From: a virus
Strand: one strand, 5' to 3'
IMG/VR virus record: IMGVR_UViG_3300025687_000026
Coordinates: 1-64,000 of that record
DNA length: 64,000 nt
In this document: piece by piece, positions 35,653 to 45,646 of the stretch
Layout of the letters: every line of letters starts with the position of its first letter
Numbering within the stretch: the first letter of the stretch is position 1
Notes under the pieces: generated by a model
What the model was told of the DNA's origin: nothing
What the model saw: only the letters and a program-made list of their open reading frames with translations
Database searches by the model: none
Made by a program: the position numbers and the translations under genes

Positions 35653-35782
35653 CTCACACATGGGGGTTTGCCTGAATAAAAACGGTTATGGTTTGTTTCT
35701 TCCCAGCGTGCATCCCATCGCTTGCTGGTTGTTTGAGGCAGGGGGCAGGGGTGCCTCCGAACCGTTCCCCCACCCGTGTGAG
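35653..35782. ncRNA. Candidate structured RNA (multibranch fold)
   Basis: Nested pairings CTCACAC/GTGTGAG, TGGGGG/CCCCCA, AACGGTT/AACCGTT, CCAGC/GCTGG, GAGGCA/TGCCTC fill the intergenic gap. Confidence 0.55.
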
Positions 35783-35800
35783 AAAAAAAGGTGATAGTAA

Positions 35801-36556
35801 ATGACAGAAGTAACGATTAACCGCAAGCAGGCACTGGGCTTCCTTTCCTCGTTCGGCAACAATGTCGGCGACCTCAAGGTCACCTTTGCCCTTGATGGTA
35901 AGATGACGGCCACGGTGGCCTTCATGTCACACTACTTTCACAAGGAGCGTCAGGTCGAGGGCACTGTGAAGACAGCGGGCACCATCGACATCAGCGAGTT
36001 AGAGAAGGCATGTAAGTTCCTGAAGAGCGCCAAGGGTGACACGGTGACCCTGAAGCAAATGGGTAGCGGTAAGACCCTCTACATCAACGCCGGGACCACG
36101 AAGGTGCAGTTTCCGAGCAGCACGGCCGTTGTTTCCTACAGCAAGGTCCCGCTCATCGAGCGTCTCATCAATCAGACCATTGACTCGCAGTGGACAAAGT
36201 GGAGCACCTTTGACTTGGAAGTCAGCGGCACGGTGAACATCACCGACCTGCTGACGGTGTCGAAGATGCGAGGCATCCTTAACGCCAGCCCTGTCTTCAG
36301 AATCATCGCTAATGCAGAAGAGGCTGAACTTAGCATCACTGCAGGAAAGCGTCATGAGGCTCGGTTGTTCAACACAGTCACGCTGACGGACCCTGTCGGT
36401 CCCAACGCCAGCATCGAGTCTACCTACGGGCCATGGCTGATGGAAACCATCGGGCTGCTGAGCGAAGGTCCTGCTGAGATTCATTTTGGCGCAAGCACCA
36501 TCCTTGCAGTGCGACAGAACGCTGACTTGCTTATCGTGGTTGACCAAAGAGCGTGA
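35801..36556 (+). CDS. Putative DNA sliding clamp (PCNA-like)
   Basis: 251 aa, alternating alpha/beta pattern, between RFC and PolB; sequence divergent. Confidence 0.55.
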   Translation: MTEVTINRKQALGFLSSFGNNVGDLKVTFALDGKMTATVAFMSHYFHKERQVEGTVKTAGTIDISELEKACKFLKSAKGDTVTLKQMGSGKTLYINAGTTKVQFPSSTAVVSYSKVPLIERLINQTIDSQWTKWSTFDLEVSGTVNITDLLTVSKMRGILNASPVFRIIANAEEAELSITAGKRHEARLFNTVTLTDPVGPNASIESTYGPWLMETIGLLSEGPAEIHFGASTILAVRQNADLLIVVDQRA

Positions 36557-36560
36557 TAGC

Positions 36561-38930
36561 GTGATTGTCGACTGGTTCTATCCTGAGTGGTCCGACTCGT
36601 TCGGAGCACCATCCCTCTACCTTAGGACGAGGGGTAAGGACGGAGCCTTGGTCACACGCACCGTCCATCCTGAAGACGATGACTACCTGCGTCCATTCTG
36701 TTGGATTCCATCCAACACACCTCAGTGGAAGTTGAATCGCTTAGCCAATCGCATTCCTGCTGCCGATGTCCTCTACAAAGAGAAGGCGACAGGCCGTGAC
36801 GGTCGCGCTCTCATCAAGGTCGAGGTCGACAAGCCGAACGACCTTTGGGAAGTCAAGGACCTCATGGACACTTATGAAGCAGACTTGAACTACCTTGAGC
36901 AAATCCTGCTACACTTCTACCCTGAGAAAATCCCTGAGTTCCACCCTCGTGTGTGGTTCTTCGACCTTGAGTGGGACCCGAAGCAAGACTTCACGACCGT
37001 CATGGCCGTGGTTGACAGTCACGCTGATGTGCCTGTGGCCTTCGCTTGGAAGCGCGGCATCGACACGATGAGTGTCACCTATGTCGAGCGTGAGGGTGGC
37101 TACATGCTTCATCAGTTCGGCAGCGAAGCCGCCATGCACGAAGCGTTTCTTCAACACATGGAGGCCTGTGACCCCGATATTCTCGTGGCTCACGCTATCA
37201 TGTGGGCCGACTTACCGCACTTGCTGCGCCGACTGGAGAACCCTGACCGCCTCTCCCCGTTGGGTCAAGTGGTCAAGCCGTTCAAGGACAGTGGCTACAA
37301 GGACACACAGCAGCCCATCAAAGGACGCCTCTGCTGGGACTCAGCAGCGCACTGGAAGAGCGGTAGTGGCTTTGAGACACTTTGGCAAAAGTCCGGGCGT
37401 GGGCAATTACCTAACCGCAAGTTGAACACCATCGCTGGTCTGTTGGACCTTGGCTCCAAACTGACGGATGAAATCGAAGGCATGACGGTGTTCAATGGTT
37501 GGTATGACCACTACGACCACTTCGTAGACTACTGTGTTCGTGACACTACACTACTCTCAGCAATCGCTGAGCGCCTCAACGCCATCGACTTCTTCGTCGC
37601 TATGCAACAACTGTGCGGTGTCTCATGGGGAAGCACGCACAAGGTGACTCGTTACTTCCGTGGCCTCATCGGTAGGCGCACGGACCTCAAAGCACCGAGC
37701 GCACGCAACAAGAATCGTGTGGACATGCAAGCGGCCTACATCCCTGACCCCATTCCCGGCCGTCATGTTGGCGTTGCGCTGGTGGACTACGCCGCACTCT
37801 ACCCGAACATCATTCTCAGCGACAACCTCTCCTATGAGACGAAGCGTGACGGTCCGGGGCCGGGTATCAAAAGCCTCGGCAACGGAACGCACTGGGACCA
37901 AACCAAGAAGGGTCTACTCCCATCCATCGTGGAAGAGATGCTGGAACTCAGAAAACGCTACAAGCAACTGATGAAAGAGGCTCAGAGCGAGGAAGAGCGC
38001 CTCGGTTACAACATGCTGCAGACTGCCGCTAAGGTCGCTGTCAACGCCCTCTACGGCATGTGCGGCATGAAGGCTGTCGACGGTATGTGGATTGACAACG
38101 ACATCGCTTCCTCCATCACCTTCCGTGGGCGTGAGGCTATCCGCCACCTGATGAGCGAGAGCGAGGAGATGGGCTACAAGTCCCTCTTCGGCCACACTGA
38201 CTCCGCCTTTATCCAAGTCCCATTCGAGGAGGCTCATACCCTCGCTGAGCACTTGACAAGCACGGCTCAGTCTAAGTTGGACCTGTCTCACATGGATGTG
38301 GAACTGGAAGCCTACTTCGACTACTGGACCACGGCCCCTGTCAAGAACCGCTACTTCGGTTACAAGGTGTGGCCTGAGAGCGACGCAGGGCAACTAAAGG
38401 TATCAGGCTATGAAATCAAAGCATCCAGTTCTGCAGCCATCACGAAGGAGATTCAGGAGACAGCCATGCGCCTCATCGGTCACGGAGCCGAAGAGGAAGA
38501 AGTGACTGAGACGCTGCGTGCATTGTCCCTTGCCGTCAAGAACGGCGAGGTGCCCATCAAAGACACGGCGTGTTCCACTCGTTTAACCAAGGACCCGACC
38601 GACTACGATTCGCCCACGCCGGGAGCCAAGGCTGCTTTATATTACAACCAACACTGCGGTGGCGAATTATGGCGCAAGGGCGACAGCGTGACATGGACCT
38701 ATGTCAAAGGTGTCAACGAGGGTGTTGCTGACTTTGTCACCATCAAGGGTCAGGATTCACCTGTCGCCTTCATCGCCTTCCGAGAGGTAGAAGAACTGTC
38801 AAACTACATCGTGGACTGGGATAAGGTCCTTGATGTGTTAGTGAAGTCAAAACTCAAGCGTCTCTATGAGAGCGTGGGTTGGGACATCGCCGCTGCAGCG
38901 GGAGATGTGGTTCCCAAAAGTTACTGGTGA
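36561..38930 (+). CDS. polB: Family B DNA polymerase
   Basis: Exo FDLEW / YCVRD; pol DYAALYPNI, KVAVNALYG, FGHTDS, KNRY; start moved to GTG 36561. Confidence 0.95.
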   Translation: MIVDWFYPEWSDSFGAPSLYLRTRGKDGALVTRTVHPEDDDYLRPFCWIPSNTPQWKLNRLANRIPAADVLYKEKATGRDGRALIKVEVDKPNDLWEVKDLMDTYEADLNYLEQILLHFYPEKIPEFHPRVWFFDLEWDPKQDFTTVMAVVDSHADVPVAFAWKRGIDTMSVTYVEREGGYMLHQFGSEAAMHEAFLQHMEACDPDILVAHAIMWADLPHLLRRLENPDRLSPLGQVVKPFKDSGYKDTQQPIKGRLCWDSAAHWKSGSGFETLWQKSGRGQLPNRKLNTIAGLLDLGSKLTDEIEGMTVFNGWYDHYDHFVDYCVRDTTLLSAIAERLNAIDFFVAMQQLCGVSWGSTHKVTRYFRGLIGRRTDLKAPSARNKNRVDMQAAYIPDPIPGRHVGVALVDYAALYPNIILSDNLSYETKRDGPGPGIKSLGNGTHWDQTKKGLLPSIVEEMLELRKRYKQLMKEAQSEEERLGYNMLQTAAKVAVNALYGMCGMKAVDGMWIDNDIASSITFRGREAIRHLMSESEEMGYKSLFGHTDSAFIQVPFEEAHTLAEHLTSTAQSKLDLSHMDVELEAYFDYWTTAPVKNRYFGYKVWPESDAGQLKVSGYEIKASSSAAITKEIQETAMRLIGHGAEEEEVTETLRALSLAVKNGEVPIKDTACSTRLTKDPTDYDSPTPGAKAALYYNQHCGGELWRKGDSVTWTYVKGVNEGVADFVTIKGQDSPVAFIAFREVEELSNYIVDWDKVLDVLVKSKLKRLYESVGWDIAAAAGDVVPKSYW

Positions 38931-38935
38931 TTGAG

Positions 38936-39049
38936 ATGAATGGATTTTGGGATAGGATATTCAAGCGACTACGGACGCAAGAAGAAAAGCGCATGATTGA
39001 AGGCTATTACGAAAAAGCGAAGCGCATCTATGGAGTTGAAGAAGAATGA
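38936..39049 (+). CDS. Small hypothetical protein (37 aa)
   Basis: Hand-translated; SD GGTGA; ATGA overlap with next gene. Confidence 0.45.
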   Translation: MNGFWDRIFKRLRTQEEKRMIEGYYEKAKRIYGVEEE

Positions 39050-39231
39050 GCAGAATTGAAGATGAAGTGTGCGAGAAGATTCAGCAGCGTGCTGCTGTTG
39101 GAAAGAAGAAGTATGGTGTAACCATGGAGCGTGGCGACCTCAACCTGCTGGAGTGGCTGCAGCACCTGCAGGAAGAACTCATGGACGCCGCTGTGTATGT
39201 GCAGCGCCTGATGGAAGAGGTGAGCGAATGA
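39046..39231 (+). CDS. Small all-alpha NTP pyrophosphohydrolase-like (MazG-like) protein
   Basis: GKKKYG..M.R.DL...WLQHLQEELMDAAVY (EExxD). Confidence 0.55.
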   Translation: MSRIEDEVCEKIQQRAAVGKKKYGVTMERGDLNLLEWLQHLQEELMDAAVYVQRLMEEVSE

Positions 39232-39509
39232 AAGTCAGAGTGGAGTTCGCTAAGCCCGGAGGCACAAGTGACATTGTCGAGGGAGAGTTTGTTCTACCTG
39301 ACGGTCCCTTCTCATCTTTCATGGCTGTTGACACAGGCGAAGGTCATGTCCTGTTTCCGTGGGATGCCGTCGCTCGCATTGATGTTGTGCTTGAGGAGCA
39401 ATACTTCGCTGACCTTGATGTCGTCGCTCAGAGCAAGGAGATGGCCCTGACCAACTTTGCTCGTGAATACAAGCGCATGACCAACTCACCGGGGGGTCAC
39501 TTCGGATGA
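39228..39509 (+). CDS. Hypothetical small beta-rich protein
   Basis: SD GAGGTGA; ATGA overlap gives start 39228. Confidence 0.6.
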   Translation: MKVRVEFAKPGGTSDIVEGEFVLPDGPFSSFMAVDTGEGHVLFPWDAVARIDVVLEEQYFADLDVVAQSKEMALTNFAREYKRMTNSPGGHFG

Positions 39510-40057
39510 GCGTCATGGTTGAAACCATCAACGGAGCGGTCACCATCAACTTGACCGACTCACAAGTGGAGTGGTGTCGTGAACACGCTCAAAAAACCAA
39601 GGAGCATCACGACAACACTGGGACTGGTGTCTACAGCCACAACCGCCTTTTCGGTGCTATCGTTGGTGCCCGTTGTGAAATTGCCGCTGAAGTCTATCTC
39701 ACTCGCCTCTATCAATCAATGAAGACGAATTACCGTGGCGACATTGAGAACCCTGACATTGAACTGAAAGAAAAACCGGTCGAAGTCAAGGGACTTCGGG
39801 GTGAAGATTGGGACAAACTCAAACGCATGGTGCCTCCAAAGCAACTTGAGAAGTATGTCAACAGCGATAGTATTCTACTGTGGCTCACGACCGAGTCAGG
39901 CAATAGAGTCATTATTCGTGGTTGGAACTTCGCCGCCGATGTTGCTTCAAAGGGTGAAAAAGTCAAGACCATCTGCGACAATGTGTGGTTGAAGGACGAT
40001 AACGACATGCGTTCCCTTGACACTCTCGCAGGAGCACTACGAGGTGATTGGAAGTGA
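39506..40057 (+). CDS. PD-(D/E)xK nuclease-fold protein
   Basis: GARCE...PDIE...VEVK. Confidence 0.55.
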   Translation: MSVMVETINGAVTINLTDSQVEWCREHAQKTKEHHDNTGTGVYSHNRLFGAIVGARCEIAAEVYLTRLYQSMKTNYRGDIENPDIELKEKPVEVKGLRGEDWDKLKRMVPPKQLEKYVNSDSILLWLTTESGNRVIIRGWNFAADVASKGEKVKTICDNVWLKDDNDMRSLDTLAGALRGDWK

Positions 40058-41031
40058 GATGGAATCCCAACCCCGAAGGGGGCAATAACGAGCGTGACAC
40101 TTACGAGCACGAAGACCTCCTCAAATCCTACGAGAAGAGCACTTACGCTTGGGACCCCGACATGAAGGACAAGATTCTCCGAGTCACCAAGTCATCGGTC
40201 GGCACCTTCGATTGGTGCCCTCAGCAGTATTACTTCCAGCAGATTCTCGGCCTGCGTGGCGAGGAGCAGGATTATCACATCCGTGGGTCCAATGTCCACG
40301 ACGCTGTCGAATACTGGTGGAAGGCCATGGAAGATGTCGTAGAGGATGTCTACGACCTCATCGAGAAGGGCGACAAGGACACCGCCCTGAGCCTCTGCAT
40401 CGACACACTCCCTACACCTCCTGAGCCATACATCTACGGGGAGCCTGAGCAACTACGACTCTATGTCAAGTGGGCGTTTCAACGGCTGTGCAACTGCGAG
40501 CGTGATGAAATCAAGGACTGGTTCCCCGTGGGTAACGAGACGGAAGTGCATGCTACTCGCATCGTTGTAGCGAGCGACGGAACCGAGGTGCCGATTCACA
40601 TGAAAGGCTACATCGACCGGATGTTCATGGACGATGACCGCATGGGTATCATTCTCATGGAACTGAAGACCGGCAAGTGGAGCAAATACAAGCCTGCTCA
40701 GATGCGTTCTGAGATGCAGTTCTACCGTATGATGTTAGAACACAGCCCGCACATGGAGTTCCTCCCCGTTGTCGGATGGGGCTGGGCTTTTCCCGGCGGC
40801 GGTATCAATGGTGGCGATGGTCCTGTGTGGGACTACGAGCCCGTGAACGGGCCGGGTGGCCGTTACGCACCCAAAACCGTCGAGAAGCGCATCAAGGCGC
40901 TCGTCGACGCTCACCTTAAGCGAGACTTCCCTGCTGACAAGAACGAGAGCAAGTGCAGTTACTGTGACTTCATGGAGCGCTGCCCGGCTTGGATGGGGGA
41001 TTACAAAATAGGAGATGATATACATGATTAA
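40048..41031 (+). CDS. Cas4/RecB-like exonuclease with Fe-S cluster cysteines
   Basis: WCPQQY, G..VH, GYIDR, ELKTG, QFY, CSYCDFMERCP. Confidence 0.85.
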   Translation: MEVRWNPNPEGGNNERDTYEHEDLLKSYEKSTYAWDPDMKDKILRVTKSSVGTFDWCPQQYYFQQILGLRGEEQDYHIRGSNVHDAVEYWWKAMEDVVEDVYDLIEKGDKDTALSLCIDTLPTPPEPYIYGEPEQLRLYVKWAFQRLCNCERDEIKDWFPVGNETEVHATRIVVASDGTEVPIHMKGYIDRMFMDDDRMGIILMELKTGKWSKYKPAQMRSEMQFYRMMLEHSPHMEFLPVVGWGWAFPGGGINGGDGPVWDYEPVNGPGGRYAPKTVEKRIKALVDAHLKRDFPADKNESKCSYCDFMERCPAWMGDYKIGDDIHD

Positions 41032-41347
41032 TAGGGAAACCTTGAGAATACAGATGAATGAATTGGAAGAACTGCTGCGTGAGCGACGGCCGCATGACGG
41101 CTTCACGCTGCGCATTGGGTTGCCGAAGAACGGGAAGTTCCTTCTCGTTGGCTCCCACGCCATGAGGCAGACCACGCTTGATGAGTTCGGTGACTTGGGT
41201 GAAGAAATCCCTCTACCACCACCGGCAAAGAACTACGAGTTCCACCTCACGGTGCACCCGCAAGCCTTGGATTCTGAGTGCTTGCGTGACACGCTGGAGC
41301 ACATCTTGGCGCTTATCAAGACCAATTATCCGAGACAAGACTGGTGA
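41015..41347 (+). CDS. Hypothetical protein
   Basis: ORF in operon chain. Confidence 0.6.
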   Translation: MIYMINRETLRIQMNELEELLRERRPHDGFTLRIGLPKNGKFLLVGSHAMRQTTLDEFGDLGEEIPLPPPAKNYEFHLTVHPQALDSECLRDTLEHILALIKTNYPRQDW

Positions 41348-41351
41348 GCCC

Positions 41352-42458
41352 ATGGGCTTCATTCGCTTGGACTTCCCACGGGAAGTGCTGGAGATTGGCT
41401 CCAACGGGATGCAGGGTGGACGATTCATCGTTCGTTCATGGGATGAGTTGGAACGATACTGGAAGGGCAAGAACGGTAGCGGTAACGCCTACTTTACGGC
41501 CTACGGCTATCGTGCTACCAAGCCGCCTCGCAACCATCGAGTCGACTACGACACGCCAGTCATCCATCACTTCATCATGGACTTTGACTGCAAGGACTTC
41601 AAACAGCGTGGCGCTGAGGTCCCGTTCTCCTACATGCACGAGCAGGTTAAAAGGCTACATCGTTTCCTGCTGAGTGAAGACATTCGCCACTTCGTGTGGT
41701 TCAGCGGCGGTGGATTCCACCTGTGGGTGCCCCTCTCTGAAACCTACATGCCGACCTCTCCTCAAGAAGTCCGCCGCATCAAAGAGGGTGGTCGCAACCT
41801 GATGTCTTACTGGCATCGCAAGTTGGACCTCGGATGTAACGACCCTGCTGTCGCTTTCGACACGAGCGGCATGATTCGCATTCCCAACTCCTACAACGCA
41901 CGCCGTGGTTGTTGGAGTATTCCCCTCTTGAGCAAGGAGATTCTTGAACTGGACCACGACGGTCTGATGGAACTCGCTCAAGACCCTCGCCCCGGTTACA
42001 TCGAGCACGGTAGCAAGGGCGCTGAAATCACCTTGCCCGAGCGCAAGAACTTCTTCAAGCGTAAGGTTGAGCGAGTAGAGCACCTGCCCGATGTCACGCT
42101 TGACGACATCGTCGTGCTCCCCTGTCTCTCCCCCGCTCTTGGAGTCGGTAACCCAACACACCGTCACCGTCTGCACCTCGCTTCTTACCTTGCAGCACGC
42201 ATGCGCTGGTTCTTCCGACCTGAGGCTGTCAGCAACGAAGACCGTGCGGAGCATGTTCAACGCCTGTGTGAAATTATCGAGAAGCAGGGCTGGGTAGACT
42301 TCAAGGAAGACATGACAAAAATGCAAGTCGAAAGCATCATTTACGGCGGCGAAGGCAAGTGTGGATTGGACGCACCCCGCTGCTCCACCATCGAACGAGA
42401 TGGTTTCTGCGTGGGCCGATGTCGTTACTACGATGGGAGTATCATGGAGGAAGTGTGA
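41352..42458 (+). CDS. Archaeo-eukaryotic primase, PriS-PriL(CTD) fusion
   Basis: DFD, SGGGFH, RIPNSYN; C-terminal LPCL..H..R...YL...C..I...GFC...C Fe-S domain; start at ATG 41352 after SD GGTGA. Confidence 0.88.
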   Translation: MGFIRLDFPREVLEIGSNGMQGGRFIVRSWDELERYWKGKNGSGNAYFTAYGYRATKPPRNHRVDYDTPVIHHFIMDFDCKDFKQRGAEVPFSYMHEQVKRLHRFLLSEDIRHFVWFSGGGFHLWVPLSETYMPTSPQEVRRIKEGGRNLMSYWHRKLDLGCNDPAVAFDTSGMIRIPNSYNARRGCWSIPLLSKEILELDHDGLMELAQDPRPGYIEHGSKGAEITLPERKNFFKRKVERVEHLPDVTLDDIVVLPCLSPALGVGNPTHRHRLHLASYLAARMRWFFRPEAVSNEDRAEHVQRLCEIIEKQGWVDFKEDMTKMQVESIIYGGEGKCGLDAPRCSTIERDGFCVGRCRYYDGSIMEEV

Positions 42459-42856
42459 TGAAGAGGACAGTAGGTTCATCGAGGAGGACTCGCTACAAGA
42501 ATCGCCTGATTCAATTGCTGGACATGGTTGACAGACCACTCTCCCACCACGAGATTATTGACTATACAGTTCAATGGAAACACGGCATTTCAACCGTTGT
42601 CCTGAGCAACATCCTCAGTAAAGACGAGGCCTTTGAAATCTTCGGGAAGGTGAAGTCAGCCAAAACCGTAGGAAGCAGCGACTGCTGGGATGTCAATACA
42701 TACATCCTCAGTCCAATTGGAGTTGAACTGGCTGCTTCTCTACCCACCGCCACACCGTGTAAGGGCTGCAACCAAACTATCATCTTCACAAATGAGAAGC
42801 GTCCGTGCAGCGCTTGCTACATAAAAAAGAAAGAGGAGGAAAGGAACAATGCCTAA
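42458..42856 (+). CDS. wHTH-like plus Zn-finger protein
   Basis: RPLSHHEI..LSNILSK; CKGC...CSAC; TGATG overlap. Confidence 0.55.
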   Translation: MKRTVGSSRRTRYKNRLIQLLDMVDRPLSHHEIIDYTVQWKHGISTVVLSNILSKDEAFEIFGKVKSAKTVGSSDCWDVNTYILSPIGVELAASLPTATPCKGCNQTIIFTNEKRPCSACYIKKKEEERNNA

Positions 42857-43547
42857 GCCCGACCTCATCATTGACAGCAACGAGCGAGGACCGCTCTGCG
42901 ACTCCATTCTGCGTAAGGCGCAGAAGTCAGGGTTGGCCGTCGTCCGTCAGTCTCTCGTGGTAGGTGATTACTTACTCGGCGCAGCGTGCGTTGAAGCCAA
43001 GAGCATCGGCGACCTGTTTCAGTCCAGCCATTCAGGTCACCTATGGCGACAACTGGAGAACATGGACGCCAACTACGAACGCTTCTTCCTGCTTGTGCAC
43101 GGGAGCGTAGCGAAGCATGTCGCCATGGGCAGCAAGAACGGTAAGCGCCTGACGCACAGTCGAGTGCAGAGTGAACTCACCGGCACCATCGCTCGCATCA
43201 TGGCTGACTTTGACTGTCAGGTGTTCTACACGCCCAATGTCAGCGAGGCTGCGCTGTTTGTCGTTAAACTCCATGACAAGTTGCACAAGCCAGCCAGCAG
43301 CCACGGAGCGAAAGCCGTGCGTCGAGTATCAACCAATGATGTCAGGAAGGATGTCTTGCTCGCTATCCCCGGCATCGGACCCGACCTTGTCGACCGCCTC
43401 CTTGAGAAGTGTGGGAACATTGAGGAGATGATGTTCCCCGAGGCACTGAAGCAAGTCAAGGGGCTCGGTGAGCAGCGACGCAAGATGATTCTTGATGTTC
43501 TCACCAGTGAAGACCCGGTGCACATTCAACGCACTGTCCGACGGTAG
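42849..43547 (+). CDS. ERCC4/XPF-family structure-specific nuclease with HhH motifs
   Basis: IIDSNE, GDY, VEAKS..DL..S, G.L..Q; IPGIG and VKGLG HhH. Confidence 0.88.
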   Translation: MPKPDLIIDSNERGPLCDSILRKAQKSGLAVVRQSLVVGDYLLGAACVEAKSIGDLFQSSHSGHLWRQLENMDANYERFFLLVHGSVAKHVAMGSKNGKRLTHSRVQSELTGTIARIMADFDCQVFYTPNVSEAALFVVKLHDKLHKPASSHGAKAVRRVSTNDVRKDVLLAIPGIGPDLVDRLLEKCGNIEEMMFPEALKQVKGLGEQRRKMILDVLTSEDPVHIQRTVRR

Positions 43548-43634
43548 GTTATAATGCAGCATCATATTTGTCAAATGTCTCGGTTGTCTTGCCTTTCGTA
43601 TAGTTTAAGTAGAGGTAGTTGGTGAGGTAGAATT

Positions 43635-45041
43635 ATGCGACGAGCCGTGGATTATCAAGCAGTGAAAAAGTTCGACTTCTTCCGAGGGTATGTAGACCAG
43701 TTTGGGGAAGTCAGTATTGACAACGACATCCCAGCCATGCTGTCTTTCTTTTTCATTCAAGGGCAGGTGGCTGCACCCTATGTGCGCATCCCGTGGGGTA
43801 ACACTCACCTTGACCCCCGTGTTCACTGCTTTTGGATTCAACCCTCAAGGACGGGCAAGTCCATCGCTTGGGAGTTTGTCGGGGATGTCCTGAAAGATTG
43901 TGACATCGCCTACGACGCATACACCAGTGGTTCGGACGCCGGGCTCATCGGTGGTGTGACCACTGAAACAGTCGTCAACGACGAGGGTAAGAAAGAGCAG
44001 ATTACTGTGCAGACCGACGGCATGCTCGGTGGACGCAAGGCTCTCAACTTTGACGAGGGGTCCATCATCCTCAACCCCGGTAAGCACAGCCAAGAGACGG
44101 TGCTTTACCTGCAGTCCGCCTGTAACCCCATCGGGAGCAACAGCAACATCCTCGTGAAGCACCTGAGTGGTCGCCGTATCGAAACGGAGTCGCTGGCCTC
44201 GCTGTGGATTACCACCTACCCGCCCAAGGGCGTGAAGGAGTATGTGCTGACCAAGGGTATCTTCCAGCGTGTGTTGCTTTACTGGTCCCATTGGGACATG
44301 GACCGTCGCCAACAGGTTTCACAGATTCGGATGAACCGGGCTTTCACGCAGGGTGAGGACACCGTTGTTTCTTACAAGGACATCGTCGATTACTTCCGAG
44401 GGCTTGAGACTCGCCTCCGCTACCGTGTGCTTGACCTAACGGGGACCACGAAGAATGAGTGGGACAACTGCACTCGTGAGGAGCAGGAGGACCTCGTTCA
44501 GTCCTGCATGCACGAGATGTTCACGGCTGATGAGTCGTTTTACGCAGCGTCCTACGATGTCGTGGATGACTTCTACAGTCTACTCAAAGACTTGAACTTC
44601 GCCATCGCCGATGTCGTCGCATCCTTTGTTCCCGCCATGGAGAACTACTCTGTCATCCTCGCCACGCACCTCGCCATGATGGATGAGTCGTGGGTCATCA
44701 CGGGTGAGCACCTTGACATGGCGAAAGACATCCTCTACGACTTGTTCAAGAACCTCATTCAGTGGCTTGAGGGTGAGGTCGAAGTCGGTGCAAAGAAGGT
44801 TGAGAAGGAGCAGCACAAGAAGGACTGGATGGCTGCGTTCAACTCTGTCTCCGCTGTTGAACTTGACAAGCGTGGCGACGGCTGGCGTAAGAAGTCAGCA
44901 GTCATCCAGCAATACTGCACCAACCTCCACATCACCCGAGCCACTGGTTTCAAGAAGTTCAACGACTGGGCAGCACACATGTTCAACGCAGCAAAGGATG
45001 GGGCGACCGTCTACCTCCGCTTGAAGGAGGCCGAGGCATGA
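43635..45041 (+). CDS. Divergent MCM-like AAA+ replicative helicase
   Basis: PSRTGKS Walker A, SDAGLIG (MCM SxxGL), LNFDE Walker B, FQR Arg-finger region, C-terminal wHTH-like segment. Confidence 0.65.
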   Translation: MRRAVDYQAVKKFDFFRGYVDQFGEVSIDNDIPAMLSFFFIQGQVAAPYVRIPWGNTHLDPRVHCFWIQPSRTGKSIAWEFVGDVLKDCDIAYDAYTSGSDAGLIGGVTTETVVNDEGKKEQITVQTDGMLGGRKALNFDEGSIILNPGKHSQETVLYLQSACNPIGSNSNILVKHLSGRRIETESLASLWITTYPPKGVKEYVLTKGIFQRVLLYWSHWDMDRRQQVSQIRMNRAFTQGEDTVVSYKDIVDYFRGLETRLRYRVLDLTGTTKNEWDNCTREEQEDLVQSCMHEMFTADESFYAASYDVVDDFYSLLKDLNFAIADVVASFVPAMENYSVILATHLAMMDESWVITGEHLDMAKDILYDLFKNLIQWLEGEVEVGAKKVEKEQHKKDWMAAFNSVSAVELDKRGDGWRKKSAVIQQYCTNLHITRATGFKKFNDWAAHMFNAAKDGATVYLRLKEAEA

Positions 45042-45646
45042 CTGAAATAATGGCCCTTGACATCGAGACGGGTAACTACTCGTATGAGATTGGAGGTTGG
45101 GACAAGCACGCCTTGTTCGAGCCTACCGTTGTCGCTACATGGGACGGAGCCAACGGCGATGTCTTCAGCAAACAGAGCATTGACATGGCTACCGCCAAGG
45201 TGCACGACCTTCACCCACGCACGCTGGGCGACCACCTGCAAAAGCACATTGACGCTGGAGGCGTCGTGCTCGGTCACAACATCAAGAAGTTCGACCTCCC
45301 AGTGCTCAACGCAGCACTGGACTGCTGGACAGCAGGCGACCTGATGAGCAAGTCTGAGAGTGTCATTGACACCAAACTACTCGTCAGCAAGGCCGCTGGC
45401 GGCAAGGACATCGCTACCAGCCTTGAGATGCTGGCCCGTAACACACTGGACATCGGTAAGAGCATGACAAGTGCCGATGCCCCTGAAGCATGGCGAGCAG
45501 GCCGCTACCTTGAGGTGGCTGAATACTGCTTGAAAGACGCTCAATTGACCTACGACCTCTACCAACACGGTCGTGAGAATGGAGTGGTGAAAAGCCGCTC
45601 GTTGGAGGACGGGTCAATTGTTGAAATTGAGGTGAACTGGGAATGA
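45038..45646 (+). CDS. DEDD/RNase H-like 3'-5' exonuclease (YprB-like)
   Basis: LDIET, GHNIKKFDL, YCLKD. Confidence 0.82.
   Translation: MTEIMALDIETGNYSYEIGGWDKHALFEPTVVATWDGANGDVFSKQSIDMATAKVHDLHPRTLGDHLQKHIDAGGVVLGHNIKKFDLPVLNAALDCWTAGDLMSKSESVIDTKLLVSKAAGGKDIATSLEMLARNTLDIGKSMTSADAPEAWRAGRYLEVAEYCLKDAQLTYDLYQHGRENGVVKSRSLEDGSIVEIEVNWE

Noticed and set aside
35653-35782. tRNA or hammerhead ribozyme
   Set aside because: No T-loop GTTC/anticodon cloverleaf geometry; CTGAATA deviates from CUGANGA and there is no matching GAAA core. Retained only as an unclassified structured element.
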